Source of the DNA: Phoronis australis | Lineage: Eukaryota > Animalia > Phoronida | Length of the DNA stretch: 64,000 nt | NCBI GenBank assembly: GCA_002633005.1 | Contig: NMRA01000106.1 | Coordinates: 105,655-169,654 of the forward strand | Reading direction: 5' to 3' | Shown here: piece by piece, positions 14,801 to 29,100 of the stretch | How the letters are laid out: every line of letters begins with the position of its first letter | How positions within the stretch are numbered: position 1 is the stretch's first letter | Program-made: the position numbers and the translations under genes | Notes under the pieces: model-generated | The model's database searches: none | The model's input: only the letters and a program-made list of their open reading frames with translations | What the model was told of the DNA's origin: nothing

Positions 14801-17800
14801 CTTACGTTCACCATTGTGCCTGCTCTGAAATCGGGTACCGTCACCTTGCCTGCCGATTACTACCTGAAAGTAACGCCAAGCGGACCAGCAGGAAGTCAGA
14901 AAGCGGAGATTACTCTCAAAAACAAATTGGACCGTGAGGTATCTTTTTCAACTCCCAATGTACTCTAATTTGGTTGAAATTTTAATTGCACCTTGAATTA
15001 CGTAATTCTACAGTATACGTCGAAATATTTCGTATTCATTAGTTCTTGTAAAAACGTGAATTCTTTGTGTACTTTGCTAAGATCCAGTATGTCATGGAAT
15101 TGATGTAAACGACAATAGGAAGGTTGGTTTTACAAAAACGGAACAAGAATTTCTTTGGGTCGCTCCTGGTATGTTTCTCTAAGTTTCTTTAATTAAAGCC
15201 AACCCAAAGTACGCTTGACAAGTGCTTTTAGCAAGCACTGGAGTAGCCACGGTGGGGCAAAAGGGGACCAAAGCCCCACCTACTCAGTCCAAATTAGTTT
15301 TCCAGATTAAACGTGGGTAACTTGAATATTTTTCATAAAAAGTACTACTCAGAGTGCGCAAGTGAGCGCCCGAGTCAGGGGATAAAGCTGTGACCCTATG
15401 GAGCCTTAATGAACAAATAAAGTAAGACCATGGTGTTAAAGGTATAATGACTTAACTGGACAGAATTGGATGAATGTAGAGTTGGTGAAAGAATTGTTCA
15501 TCATTTGGAAAAGGCAAAAACTAAAGTGCAATTATTACAAAATCACGAAGTTCGCCTACAAATGACGAGAAGTAAGGTCCTTTAACTGAGAAATTGGAAA
15601 GTAGCTCATTTTTGCTTCATTGGAGAAGAGAATTTAAAACCGGCAATTGATAAAAGACCTTGCTCAAATAGGATCACAAATAACTAAACTAGTTATTGCT
15701 CCATTGTTTTCACAGTTTGTCAAATGGAAACTCTAACTCCAATATCTATCACAAAGAAAATCCCCCAGTGATGTTGAGCAACTCAGTGGATGACTTTTTA
15801 ACCGCGGGTGAATGCCTTGAAATTTGAAAAAAACGTCTCCAGGAAATGGCGGTTTAAATTATGAGTTCTATAGATGTTTCTGGGTTTCTGGCGTGAAGTC
15901 AAAAAGCCTTTTAATGAAATATTTTGAATATTTTTACTAGGGAAAATATTTAGACCACAGAGAAAAGGAGACATAATGTTTCTGCTCAAGCCAGATGACG
16001 ATGCCGAGTTTCTGGATAATAGCGGAGTTGCAACTCCGCCATATTGGAAATGGGTCAGAATGTTGCATTGTGGTTAAGCCGGTAAACAAGTACGTCGGCA
16101 AGCGTGGGGGCGAACCGGCCACAGGGAGGTTATACGTGTTGTGTGCCTGGCTGCTATAATACCAGTTAGCGAAATAAAGAATTTAGTTACTACCTGTTTC
16201 CCAAGGATCAGGAACTGCGTTAAACATGGGTCAGACACATCGGTAGAGCTGGTAGCAAAGGCCGACTTAATGAATTCTTTCCGACTTCGTAGCATAAGTA
16301 TGCAGCGCTCATTTTGAGGGCGGCAAGAAAACGTATCTTGGAAACTGCCCAACTATAATTCGCTTGAAAGAAACAGTAACAAATACTCCACGGCGGATGG
16401 TAGTGAAAAAAAATTGTTTTCGCTTGACCAGAACCAAGCCAACATGAGCAATTTTGAGGATGCCTCTGCACAATCACCTGTTCTGGGTCGACTCACTTAA
16501 CGTACTCACACTTATATGCATTAACGCGATAAGATAAAGTGTGCAGAATATTATAATTTACTTTCTACAAAATTGTGGTGCATTTCTATCAAAATTTGTT
16601 GTTAAATTACGATCATTTTTCAGAAAATTGTGCTGAAATCCCAGGGCAAAATCTCGCCGACAAATGCGTAGCTGCCGGTTTCGCAATCGTCGTCGATAGG
16701 GCTTGAATTCTTGAGTAAGAATACAGCTTCGACTCAACATATTACCTGAAATCCTCCTCAAGTTATCCAAACAGCGTCTATAAGATTTTTGAGTTCTTGT
16801 GGAGTCTGGATTAACTGCAGATTAAGTCCAAATCTGCGCTAGATTGTAGCGCGCAACACGAGAAAAATCTTTGGAGGAACACACATGTTGTTGTCACGTG
16901 ACGTTTGTTTTGAATTTTTTGTGCGTGTGTGTGAGAGTAAGCGTGCGTGTGCTTGTCATCAGAGTTCATTTGCCAGAGTAATGTACATGTAATGATCTAG
17001 GTGTACATTGTATCCAAAGAAATTAAGTCAAGCAGTCAAGCGGAGCGTGTTTTAATATTTAGCTTAGCACTTGCTGGCCTCTTCTGCTAAAAAACGTTCG
17101 AGAATTGTTTCGGTAAGACCGATATGTCACTCATTGAGTCGCCGGGTGAGTGGATGCGTGACCGTAGTGTAACAGCTATTTTCCGGAAGATTCTGGGTGT
17201 AAGGGTGCAAATGTGTTCACTATCAGTGGGTCATTTTGATTTTAAAAACACCAATTATGATTAGTTAAATAATTTCTCTTAAAAATAATGCAAAGGGTTT
17301 TTACGGTATTAGAAACTTTTGAAAATTAGTGCCAATATTTATTTCTTGCCGATACTATGTTACCCGTTTCATGAATAGATAGTTCCCGAATAAATGTTTT
17401 CGATGACAGCCAGTACCTTATGCAGCGCGCTTCTTGGCCGCGTGCTAACACTGGTCGAGTTTTTTTTATTAGTCTTCGATTCACGGTTTTCACGTGTACA
17501 ACGAAGTTTGGATTCCTGTTGAGGCCGGAGAAGATCTGTTCCGGAAAGAAACAATGCAATCCCGCTGATAAGTAGGCCTATGCAGCGTCTGTTTTCAAAT
17601 TCCAGACCCGCGTAGTGGGGCACATCCCCAGCAAGACCACCAAAATTTTTGCGTTCTTTTTGAATCGCGGCGTAAGTTTGAAGTGTATACGGACATAATG
17701 GTGAGGCTCGTGGTCTACAAATTCAGGACTGACGGATCTTTCAATTGATAAATTGGAGACGTTAGAACTGTAGGTAAGGCATTTTCGCATGTAGTTCATG

Positions 17801-20162
17801 GGCTGGGCGCTTACTTTAGCGAAGTCTGAAAACGCGTTGGGGCACTTATTGGGGCACTTATTGGGGCATGGGCGCTTATTAGGGCGAATAGCGGCAGAAT
17901 TACATACCGCAGCGTAGTTTAATAGCCTTTGCGCCCCCTAATTTCCGGACATGCGCAATCGTTAAATGGATTCGGTTGCAACTCCGCGATAAATATCATC
18001 ACAAAACATTGATTATGAATCACTTTAAAAGCTGTAAATAACATGATGGTGAAACTGGTTATTATAAAGTATACATATATTACGCATGCTCAGGGTCATA
18101 TGCTATTTTTAGACATTTTCAAACCATATGATGCAATAAAATGAGACTTTGTTTTTCAAATATTAAATGCTTTCAGTTTTGAACAGGTTTTTGCACGATA
18201 GGTACTGACAATTTATTCAAAACCAAGATAGTTTTAGCAGCAATGATTTCACTAGAGATTATTTTCGGACAGAAAAGGACGTGAGACAGGGTAATTCCTT
18301 GTCAGGTAAATGTCAAAAAGTTTAAAGGGTTATACCTGATGCCACGAGTTTCTGATCCACTTTACGTCTTCAAGTGGATTGACGAACCAGTCAAGATCTT
18401 TGGTATATGTTTCGAGCATAACGATCAAGAAAACATTTCTTAAATTTGAATTTAACCATTAAATCACCCCTATCTCAATATGCTCCGGGGAAATCCACAA
18501 TATTTCTCTGTTAAGCAGAATTTGTGTAATCAACTTTTGCACTTTCTAAAATAGACTAACATGTAATGAGTAATTTTGGGATGGGTAGTGCAAATAGAAC
18601 GAAAAGTAAACATAATGATAAAAATTGTGTTTGGCAAGATAAAGACCTCAGCATGAAAAGATGTGACTAAATTCTCATAAAAATTATAGTTTTTCAGTTC
18701 CTGATGTAAATATTATGTTCAAGTCATCAGTAAAGTGGGTTAACCGCTGCTTGAATGGAAACAATGTAATTTTGTAGTGTTTCCAAACAAGGTTTTTAAA
18801 ACATATTTGGATAGTTTGATCTTTAAATCAAGTTATAGTAAGTTCTTGTCTCTTGCAAATCTTAATATCTTTTACCATTACATCTGGATTGCTTAGGAAA
18901 AAATTGTTGACCAAGTGGAAATCAAAAAGGGGAGCAACAGAAAACAAGATGTATGGTGGGATTGTATTTTTAATAGTTTTTATGAGGCAGGCATTATTTT
19001 TGTGAAGGACGTTTTGGATTGTGAAAACAAATTCCTGATCTGGGAGATATTGAAACAATTATAAGCTTTCAAGCTAGATTAATTAGGCCGCTTTAAAACG
19101 TCCAATAAGGGTGGAACCTGTGCCTTTTAAGTCAAAGTGCGTAATCTCTTTACCGTTAAATAAAATCACTTTGTTTTCTAGAAACGTTTGGCTCTACAAA
19201 TTTTTTCTCCTCCGGATATAGAATACAGCTCGATTGATATTTCCCCTATTCAAAAAACAAATCCAATTTACGTTCTTCCACACAAACTCTCGTTGCTTCC
19301 TGATTTTAGAACTTGTAAGCATTACGAAACCATATCCATATAAGGATTTATATACAGAAAGTGTTTTGAAAAAGGTGCGATTAGTTAGTGAGGACACATG
19401 TGCATCTTGTGAAGCTTTTAATCATTATGTTTGTAGAATGTGACTTTGCGAGACTTCTGTGGTAAGAGATTCAGAAATTTTAACTCTTTTTAACTGCACA
19501 ACACGATTTAATCTTAGTAAATGTTATTTTGTAACCCTTCTTAAAAATTTGTCAATATTTCATTTATGAATGCTCTTGATACCAGACGAACCTTAGTTTT
19601 ACAAACGTTTTTACTTATAAGTACCACATGTATAATCACTGTATGCTAAAAAAACCAACCCCATCAAGCTGTTGTTTGAGAAACCCCTATTACTTATCAG
19701 CAACAACTACTAAGTTAGATGATGTGGGTGTGTGTGTGTGCGTGTGTGTGTTTGCGTGTGTGTGTGTTAAAAACTTGTGCTTACGCCAGGGTTACCAAGT
19801 TAATGTGAGTAGAAAACGGAGATATTTGTATGTTTCTGTTATTTCTGCGTGGTCAGTCACAAGTACTGAAAACGAACACTCGTTTTATTTAAACTATTTG
19901 ATATAAACTGCTTACATGCTTCTCAAGTTTCGATGACGATCATTTTGAAAAGCGAAATATCACTGATGCTCTAAAGCCTTGTTTTATTACAGGCATTTGA
20001 CAGGCTCCTATTTTCCGTACTTTTAAGCGACGGTAAATCTAGTGGGGTGAGTATTGAGCTTCAGGTATAGTAAAAAGTTCAACATCATAGACTGTTAATT
20101 CAGTCTCACTACATTGGATTTTTGGTGGCCAGCGTAGTTAAAAAGCCACCGTAGTTGAAAAA

Positions 20163-20196
<34 letters not shown>

Positions 20197-23100
20197 NATT
20201 TGTAATGCCTTTGGAGTGTTCGTGAGTGCAAATGATTTGAGAAGCCAGCAATGAATAAATCACTGCATTACCGGCTTTAGGTGCAATAAAACTAATTGAC
20301 GGGACACCGAGACCGTGTGAGCTCATGCTAATTTAGTGTTTGCTGGCAGAAACTGTTGTGAAACAACTCGATTTCCATCCCACTACCAGGTGTTAGGGGA
20401 ATCTTTATTTACATTTACATTACTCAAATAATTATCGTCAATGTACAACTTCTGCCCTGACGGTGCTGTGGCCAAAGCGGAACTTAAATTCGCGGCCCCC
20501 GACGAGTAAGTAGATTTGCAGTTTCGTGGCTAATTCACCAACATAATCAGGTGCACATTACTTTGGCTCACTAGTATAGTATTTTTTTGACTGGAAGTTT
20601 AGTTTCCACTGAACTTTGGCTGGTTTATGTTCGTGATGTCTGATCAGTTTCCGAGCCACTGGCCGGGATAACGAGACAGTTCGGCCCGCCGCGACGGGCC
20701 TGATCGGGCTCCGAGCCACTGGCCAGGATAACAAGAGTTTTGTGTTTAGAACTAAACAAATCACAAGTCTAAACAACACAGATCTAGGTTGTCCTGTCTG
20801 TATCTGACGGAAAAATACTTCGAAATTATCTCCGAACAGACCCCAAACTCAAGTCCTACTACGGACCTTTTTGGCCTGCCGAACTTTGTAGGCTACGGTG
20901 TGTCCAAATACCAATAAATCCGTAAGAGCGAAATAAAACATCACGTTTTTATAAGAACTCGGTGAATTTTTAAGGGTTTTACATCGAAGTTTGATGATCT
21001 ATTGGTGTTTAACGATGACTTCAAGCGATAAGCTGACACCAGTAACCCGTGTTGTGAACTGCTGAACAGACTGTGTGTGAAACCGATGACGTCATTGGAT
21101 AATTTCAAAACCTCCGTCTGCCGTCAGGTGTCAGGTAACGCAACCGTACGTGTCGTTATGGAGTAGAACTACTCGATCTAAATTGATACAAATTAGGTTG
21201 TTTTTTGGGTGGCATGCTCCTTTAAGCATATGTATTTAAAACAACGCCAAAATTCGGAGCTCCTGTGGCACATACTTACAATAATGCGAATCAAGACTGA
21301 CAAGCTGTATTACAGCAAGATGTTGGCATACTGCAGTGTACAAAATGGATGAAATAAAAACTTGCGAAGCACCACACTGTGCTAACAAAGATCCGTCTAC
21401 ATTTATAAGGTAAAATTGTGCTCATGCGCCGCAATGTGTCAATGTGCCAAAAAGCATTTTTTCGGGAGTAAGCTGCCCATGATTCGATTACTCGCGCGAG
21501 TGATGTTTGAACGTTTATGAAGCGTGACGTGTTTCGTTAGATTATGGGGTAAGCTGTACACGCTTATGACGAAGGGTTATTGCTTCTAAATCTGTACCAG
21601 CGACAACATTAAAGCGGTTATGGCCATCGGCATAAAAGCAGCATTTGATTTAGACAACTACCGTGATGAAATTGTCTAAATGTTTCTTGGTCAAGTTACT
21701 GGATAGGACTTTGAAATAAGCTCAGAGTAGTATTGAGAACAGGCGCTACAAGTTGGTGTGTTAATATAGGCGGTCAGGATGGTCTAAATGCGTACCGAAC
21801 TGCCAGTTCATAGCAATGATCCAGAAACCACTTCTCATCTGAGTAAGGGATAAGTTGAGACCAGGCATGCGTTCAGTAGGCACGGGTTCTTGGGAGAAAA
21901 TGAGACACTCGCAAGACTTCGTGAGATACTGACGTGTGAGCGGAGCACGTGGTCACACTAGCTTTAGAGTCCAGGGGCCCGGTCCAACCGTAAACTGACT
22001 TAGCTAAGACAATTCTTAAATTTTACTAAATTTTAAAACAAAAGATAAATTTCAAGAAAGATATATTTAGCTTGATTAAAGTGTTTGGGGTAAGTTTTTT
22101 CTTAGTTTTGACGAATTTACCGGATGTGGAAGTTTCAAAGTTTGGAAGTTAAGACAAATCTTAGACTTAAGTCAAATAAGTCAGTTTCTTGGAACAGGCC
22201 CGGCCTGATCTCACACGTTGTTAACCCTTATTACATGGTTAGAGAATGTTATAAGGATCCAAGAAGTACCTACCCCATAACTAATGCACAATCTGTAATC
22301 GAACAAAGCTTAAATAAACGCGCCCCTCACGATTCACCCGAACATTAGAATACACCGCCATTTTGAACTTACCGCGAACCCGGAAGTACAATTCATTCAG
22401 GAATCCATGCTAAGAAAACGACATCAGTGCGACTGGAGCAGTGCTTGTTACCAGCGCGCCTTAATTTTAATAAAATCAAAACATGGACAATTTTATCGAA
22501 TTTGCTGAAGAAATGCAGCGAATAAATTTTGACAGAAATTATTTTGCCGGACTCGGGACCGTAGCCTATCGGACCTGGTGCGGATCGAGACCAGACACTG
22601 GCAAACGGTAAAGGCATGCCGTTGCAAGCTGTTTTGTCGAAGTAAAATGTTCAAATCATAAATGCCGTATATATTCAAATGTAGTTTCAGACACTTGCAT
22701 AAAATTTCAGTCAGGTTAGTCCTGTGTCACACTGCAGCGGCAGCCCTTAGCTAGCCTCAGTGCCAGCTACCAGTATGAAGACCGTGTATCGGCAAACTAC
22801 AGCTTGTTGGTAGGCCTCTACAGCTTTGCGCCAAGGCTACCCTTTAGGCCTACCTTGTCCCTGGCCAGAGCGCTCGCTCAAACGAGGTTTATTTAAAACT
22901 TGCGGTCTTCTGGCGAACTGTGCTAAGTTTTTGGCTTTCAACAGATATTTGCCCAGACTTTGCATGAGCGCCCCAAGCCTAAAAATGGGGGGGCTGGAAT
23001 TTTTGGGAATGTCTACCTTTTACTATAAGATTCATTGGGTTAGTTCAGAGCTATGAATTGCAGACGCTAAATTTTGGTACTTCCTGTCTTCTAGTGGGCT

Positions 23101-26100
23101 TCTGTCTCGTTTTCTACTTTTTTCGGAGTTCGTGCTTCTTTGACTGAGGCACACCTTTTTCCATTTCTCCAAATAGGGGGGTCGTTCGAGCACATAAGTA
23201 GGACAAGTCCAATACAAAATGTTATCATTTTTTATTCATTAAGCCAAAATGATTCTGAATCAACCTTTTACCATAATAAGTAACTTAGAATGCACAGTAC
23301 TTTACAACATTTAAGCATTACAAACACTATCGAACAGCACAAGTTTCCACCGTGGACATACATGTAACTATTACCATGGTGCCCGAATAGTGTTTCCTTA
23401 CACCAGAATTAGACAAGCATGATTTAAAAAATATGAAATTGCAAGGAACAAGAATTGGAGGCTTGAAGCTTCACAATACGACATAGCGTATTTCTCAAAT
23501 TTTAAGATTGTTCATGTTGTTGACTTGATAACCGGAATTAAGAAAATAATAAGTTACAAAACATGACTTGAAAGCAATTTAGAAAAAAAGAATTATTTTG
23601 TGACACCTAATCAAGCATTGAACAGCAGTTGACAGTCAAACAAAAACCATTTCAAAATTATTTCAACTATTTTTTAGCTTAGTGTAAGATCACCTGAATG
23701 GGAAATTCACAGTAAAATAATTCGAATATATCTTATATTTTTGCACCAAAAACACGAAAATTGAACAAAGTTCCTTTTTTGCAGCAACGTTTGTCAAAAT
23801 GTGTCAACGTTAAATCTTCACAAATTACAAAGTAACAGGTTGAATATGCCTTCCAGTTCATTAAAAGTCGCCATGTTGTCGGTGCCGCCAGAAATGAGAC
23901 GAAGTCCAACAGGAATTGTGAGCACATTTATCACTTAATGAGTAACAACTGCGAGGCTGAAATTTAGTGAAAACTGTTGAATCGTGCAGAATAGTAAGTA
24001 AAGATATGTCTCGCTAAATTTCACCGTAAATTATTGGCGAAAACAATTTACACAACGTTTTAAACTCGTAAATTATCCCGCTGTCCTCCAATACGGCCGA
24101 CGCGATCCAAACAAAGTGACCCAACTTTCGCCACAAAAATGGCAATAACTTTACACTGATTGCCCCGATTTTGATACTTTTTCGATTTTTACTGAGTTAA
24201 AATGCACTACCTTTCCGATGATAGCAAAGTACTTTTTCAAAACGAAAAAAAAGCAAAACGAAAAAATTGGTTCGACTCATATTGGTTCCTAGGTTCGACC
24301 GCCCTACGTAAGGAACTAAACACCAATGCTATTTTAACATAGTAAGTCCGCGTAACATTCTAAAAAATTCAACGACCACTAACTACAAACTATAAATACA
24401 CTACATATGCAAACGAATCACAAGATATTACTAATAAAACAAAATAATGAAAGCTTTTCGAGCAAGCGATAGCAGATTCACTTACACGGAAAAATGGCGG
24501 CGTTCAGGAGAAGTTCGTGAAGGAGGCACAGAACAGTTCTCACTGGGTTTTGTGAAGAAAATGTGACAAAGCAAGTGATCTGGGTTTTGCCCAGCAAAAC
24601 CCAGATCACTTGATTTGTCATTTTTTCTTCACTCTGTCAAAAACAGGATGCAAAAAATGGCATGTTTTCAGTTATTTCGCATAAAAAGCCCTGCAGATGA
24701 GCGCAGAAACTTTATTCTCTCTTGTGTTTTTGACCCTTTCAATCCCACTGAAAACCGAGCTAGACTAGGAAAAATAGGGGCAAAGTCGGCACTTTTCACC
24801 CCGTTTCTGTATCTGTTTCTGTTTCTGCTTCTGTGGTAACGTCAGAGGGTAGGCACCGGGATAGTCTCTGGCCCTCCTCCGCACGCAATGTAAATTTGGA
24901 GATGCAACCAAGTTCGTCCTGGTTACACACTCTTCGATCTTTTCCCCTGATACGAGTTTTTGCTGCATCTCCGTATTGCCATCCTCGCTTTGTTGCCCAT
25001 CTCTCCTGCTGTTGTACAATCTCGGCATCTGTAAGCGATTCACGCACTCTGGAGATTGCTGGTGTGAGGAGCAGGTCGGCAATCGGTTCTGCGATGCCTG
25101 CAAGCTCATCCGCCACAGTGTCCTGATATATAAACACTGGTGAAGAGACCATTAATAGAGCTGAACAGAGGAATCCAGGAATCTTTCTCATGACCAGTTT
25201 TAAGCCTGCTAATGAGGCTGAGGGAGTATACAAGTAGAAATGATCTGTCTGCAGGTGTTTTGTTCTGTGAGAGCCAAACTAGGGCGTCTTCATATGCTTC
25301 ACATTCAGCTCTAAAAGACGAGGATTTTCCAACCCGTGCTGTTGACCATTCGAAGAGGCGTTGACCCTCGCGAGTCCAAGCAATTGCTGCCCAAGCCGTA
25401 GTGTCATCTCTTAGTGAGCCGTCCGTTGCAACAATGACTGTGGGAGATTGTTCTTCAAGCAATTTCGATACAGTTGCTTGGTTGATACAGTCAGCTCTTT
25501 CCTGCCAATGACGGCCTCCAATCTCCAGGGTGTTGGTGACAAAGTTAGTGGCTTTGGAGCACTCTATGCTGTTGATGTTCTCCACTGAACATACCTCTTC
25601 GACAAGCTCCCTAGCTCCGATAACCCATGATTGAACAGTTTTCAGCCTCTGTGCAGTGTGCTCATCACTATGCTCTCTCAAGTCCAGGTACAGAGGATGG
25701 GAGTTGGTTGTAGCTGCCTTTAGAAATGCTTGGGCTGCTAGTGTTTTCTGTTTAGTACGGATGCTGCTGATACCTAACCAGTATTGGAGACTGTCTATCG
25801 GAGTGGGTCTAGCTGCCCTGGTTACTATCCTCATGGCCTGGTTTTGAATCCTCTGTAGTTTGGTCATTGACTGTTGGGAGGCACATAGGCACAGATGGAG
25901 CCCATACTCATTTCTTGCGCCGACAGTTGCATTCATGAGCTGCACCAGGCTCTTTTGTTGGATCAGCTGAGCTGCTGCATATCTCAACAGTGACAGGCTC
26001 TTGGCACCTTTCTCAGCTAGGAATTCGACATGGGAGTTCATCGTCATTCTTCGATCCATTTTAATTCCTAGATAGGTAACTTCAGCGACTTGAGGTATCA

Positions 26101-29100
26101 AGGCTTCCATACATCCCAGAGTGAACAGGTTTGGGTTGAAATAACCTCGTGAGGCTAACATCCCTTTATCTGGTTGGATGGACATCTTGTTGTCTTTGGT
26201 CCAATCGGCCACACCATCACTTCCTGATTGCAGGCCCTCAACGGCATGTCTTGGAGTGTTCGCCTCATTGGCGACTATCAAGTCATCAACATAGTTGTAT
26301 GGTGAAGCTCTACCTACACTTGCTGCTTGTATGAGATCTGCCGTGTAGACGTTAAGGAGCACTGAGCTGAAAGGGGGCCCTTGCGGGAGGCCTGAGCTTG
26401 CTTCAAAGCGTCGAATTTGAGTTGACATCTGCGGGTATCCAGCGAGAATAGAATCCAACGGATCATCATATCGGACACCTCTATTTGTCTGAGTTTGTTG
26501 GCAAGAATACCCACATCCATTTTGTTGTAGGCGTCTTCCAGATCAAAAAACCCCCCAAAACACCACTTCCCTACCGATGCACGACTAAAACCAACAATAG
26601 ATTCTGAAAGCAAATTTCCTACAGATTCTGAAACTGTGGTCCAAACGTACTGACAACCAACTAGTTTTTGGCAAATCTGGCTTGTTTGAGGGCTACCTAA
26701 AATCGCAGTCAATTTCTCAGTCGCTACCCAGCAATGCACAATTGCAACCGGGGACCGCCATCTTGACGAGAAAGTGGCCTTTTTTATTCTTAACATGTTC
26801 ACAAATACAAAAAAACCACATTCACTGAGCTTACATGCAATGCCCACCTACAAAATGCCCCCAAACTTGGCCTACCCCAAAATTTTAATATTTTGGCAGT
26901 GCAAATTAGCCGTGGCCGCAGCCTAACTATTCACTGACACCGAACTGACGAGCTGGAAATGTGGGTACGGAAATAACTGATGACATCCGGTAATTATACG
27001 CTCACAGAGAAGGGTCAAATACTGTTAAAATCGCTTTTGGCACGAAAGGCGAAAAGAATATAAAGAAAGGATATCGAAAATAAGATTTATTTAGTAAGTA
27101 TTTTCGGATACTGGAACCACATTGGCATTTTGAGACAAGGACTTTAGAGTCTACGCTTAGAACTCCAGAGTTCAATACTCTTCTTCCGCATGAAAAATGT
27201 AGCCAAATCAATTGCTCTCATTGAGAAAAGGCAATATCTCGCGAAATCTTGCAAGCTCTTGGCTTTCTGGCGAGGTAATAGCGTGATTGAACTCGACCCT
27301 GGATACCAATTTCGACTTCGCGGGTCTGCCGGAGACTGCGCCCCGCATGCGTGAGATTTGCATTGAGTCGTTTGTTTTCTGGAGTTGGTTCTTGCTTGGA
27401 AACATATGGGCTTAGAGTGGTATCTTTATGCAGTTCAAACGAAGTAAATTTGGAAATGTTATCACCGAAAACTTTTTCCAAACAAATGTCATTATATTTT
27501 TGGAATATTCTGCGATCTAATGCCCCGAACAATGTCAAACGGATGATCACCTGCATGCGATTGCACAATTCGGAAGTACTGCTGTCGGTAATGCCGCGCT
27601 GCTTAGATAATAAGCGAAACGTAACGCCATCTAGACGTATCACAGTAATTCCACAAGTTTACAGTTTTCTTAAAAAATATATCCACATTATCAAGCACCA
27701 CCTGAACTTTAATCTTCCTATACTATACCAAAAATCACGTACCTAGTGGGACAAAACCGCAAGGTGGAGTAATGAGCACGTGCGCGTCTGAAGACGAGAG
27801 TTCATCTATGTTTACGTGTTGCTGTGTTCTCAGAATGTTAGAAGCCCGACAATGACTCTTCTAATTCTGGATGCTAATGACAACGCACCAATCTTCACCG
27901 ATTTTCCACGAGACGTGACAGTTTCAAGAGACTCGCCAGTTGGTTCTACAATTTTCACCGGTGTTTCTGTCGTAGACCCTGACCTAGCCGAAATTTTTAC
28001 GTTCAGTTTGCAGGTAAGAAACAAATTTCGTAAAATTCTCTCGGCAAGCCTAGGGATTTTGATGAAATTTCCAAGAGGTTTCGCTCATGTCATAAACTTG
28101 AGACTCTTGTAGGATTCTTTATTTCTCATTTGTAGGAACTGTGTGAATTTGACAAATAAGATCGCCAACAGTTTAAAAAATAAACTATAAATGTTACTCA
28201 AAATTTACATAATTTTGTTAAAATGTGATATGCTTTTGTGCAGTGCAATTTCTCGTTCAACGTGGACGTGATCATTTGAATAAACTTGCCAAGTTTCCCT
28301 GAGTGTTCTCCAAGTGCACGAGACATGTACAATCTTGGGATTAAAAGAGCACTGTAATAGTAAAAATAATGCTGCAATTAACTGGCTCTAACATACAAAA
28401 AACCTGGCATTTTCTACTCTACTTTTGGGCGAAATCAAGATAAGTGTCTATTATTCTATGCTCGAGTACACAATAACTTACGTAGATAATTTATTGCCCT
28501 TAGTTCACAGTTTGTAAACCCAATATTAAAGCAATAAGTTCGAGTTTGAACTCGAAATTTCGAGTTTTTACTCAAGTTTGTAGCACGAATATAAGGGTCT
28601 TCAAGGGCAAACTTGAACTAGAAACTTCTATGCATAAACTATAATGTATTCGAGCACAGTCTGATAACCAATTATCTTAAGTTCGCACAAAAGGAGCAGA
28701 GAAATTGCCAAAAATAGTTTCGAGTTCGTTTCGAGTACAAAGATTAGAGACCGGGCCCAGGATTTACTAAACCAATAGCTTCACAAACCATATCTCAGCT
28801 TGTTATATTTAGTCTATCGACCGGCTAGTAATTGCTAATCACGATACATCAAAAAGTTAGTTTTCTCAGAAGAGTTTTGATACAAGCTAACTTTCGAATT
28901 TTAGGAAAATGAATACGTCCATTGAGTGCAGTGCCGATTTGAGTGCATTGATCATAATGTACGTCCAATGGTCATATGAAAGTGCCTTTTGAGTGATTTG
29001 GTTTATTTTATACAAAAATCATGCTTTGTGAGTCAATAATTCACACATTCCTAAAATGTTGCATGAATATCTAATGATACGCAATTGTTTTCCCAAAATT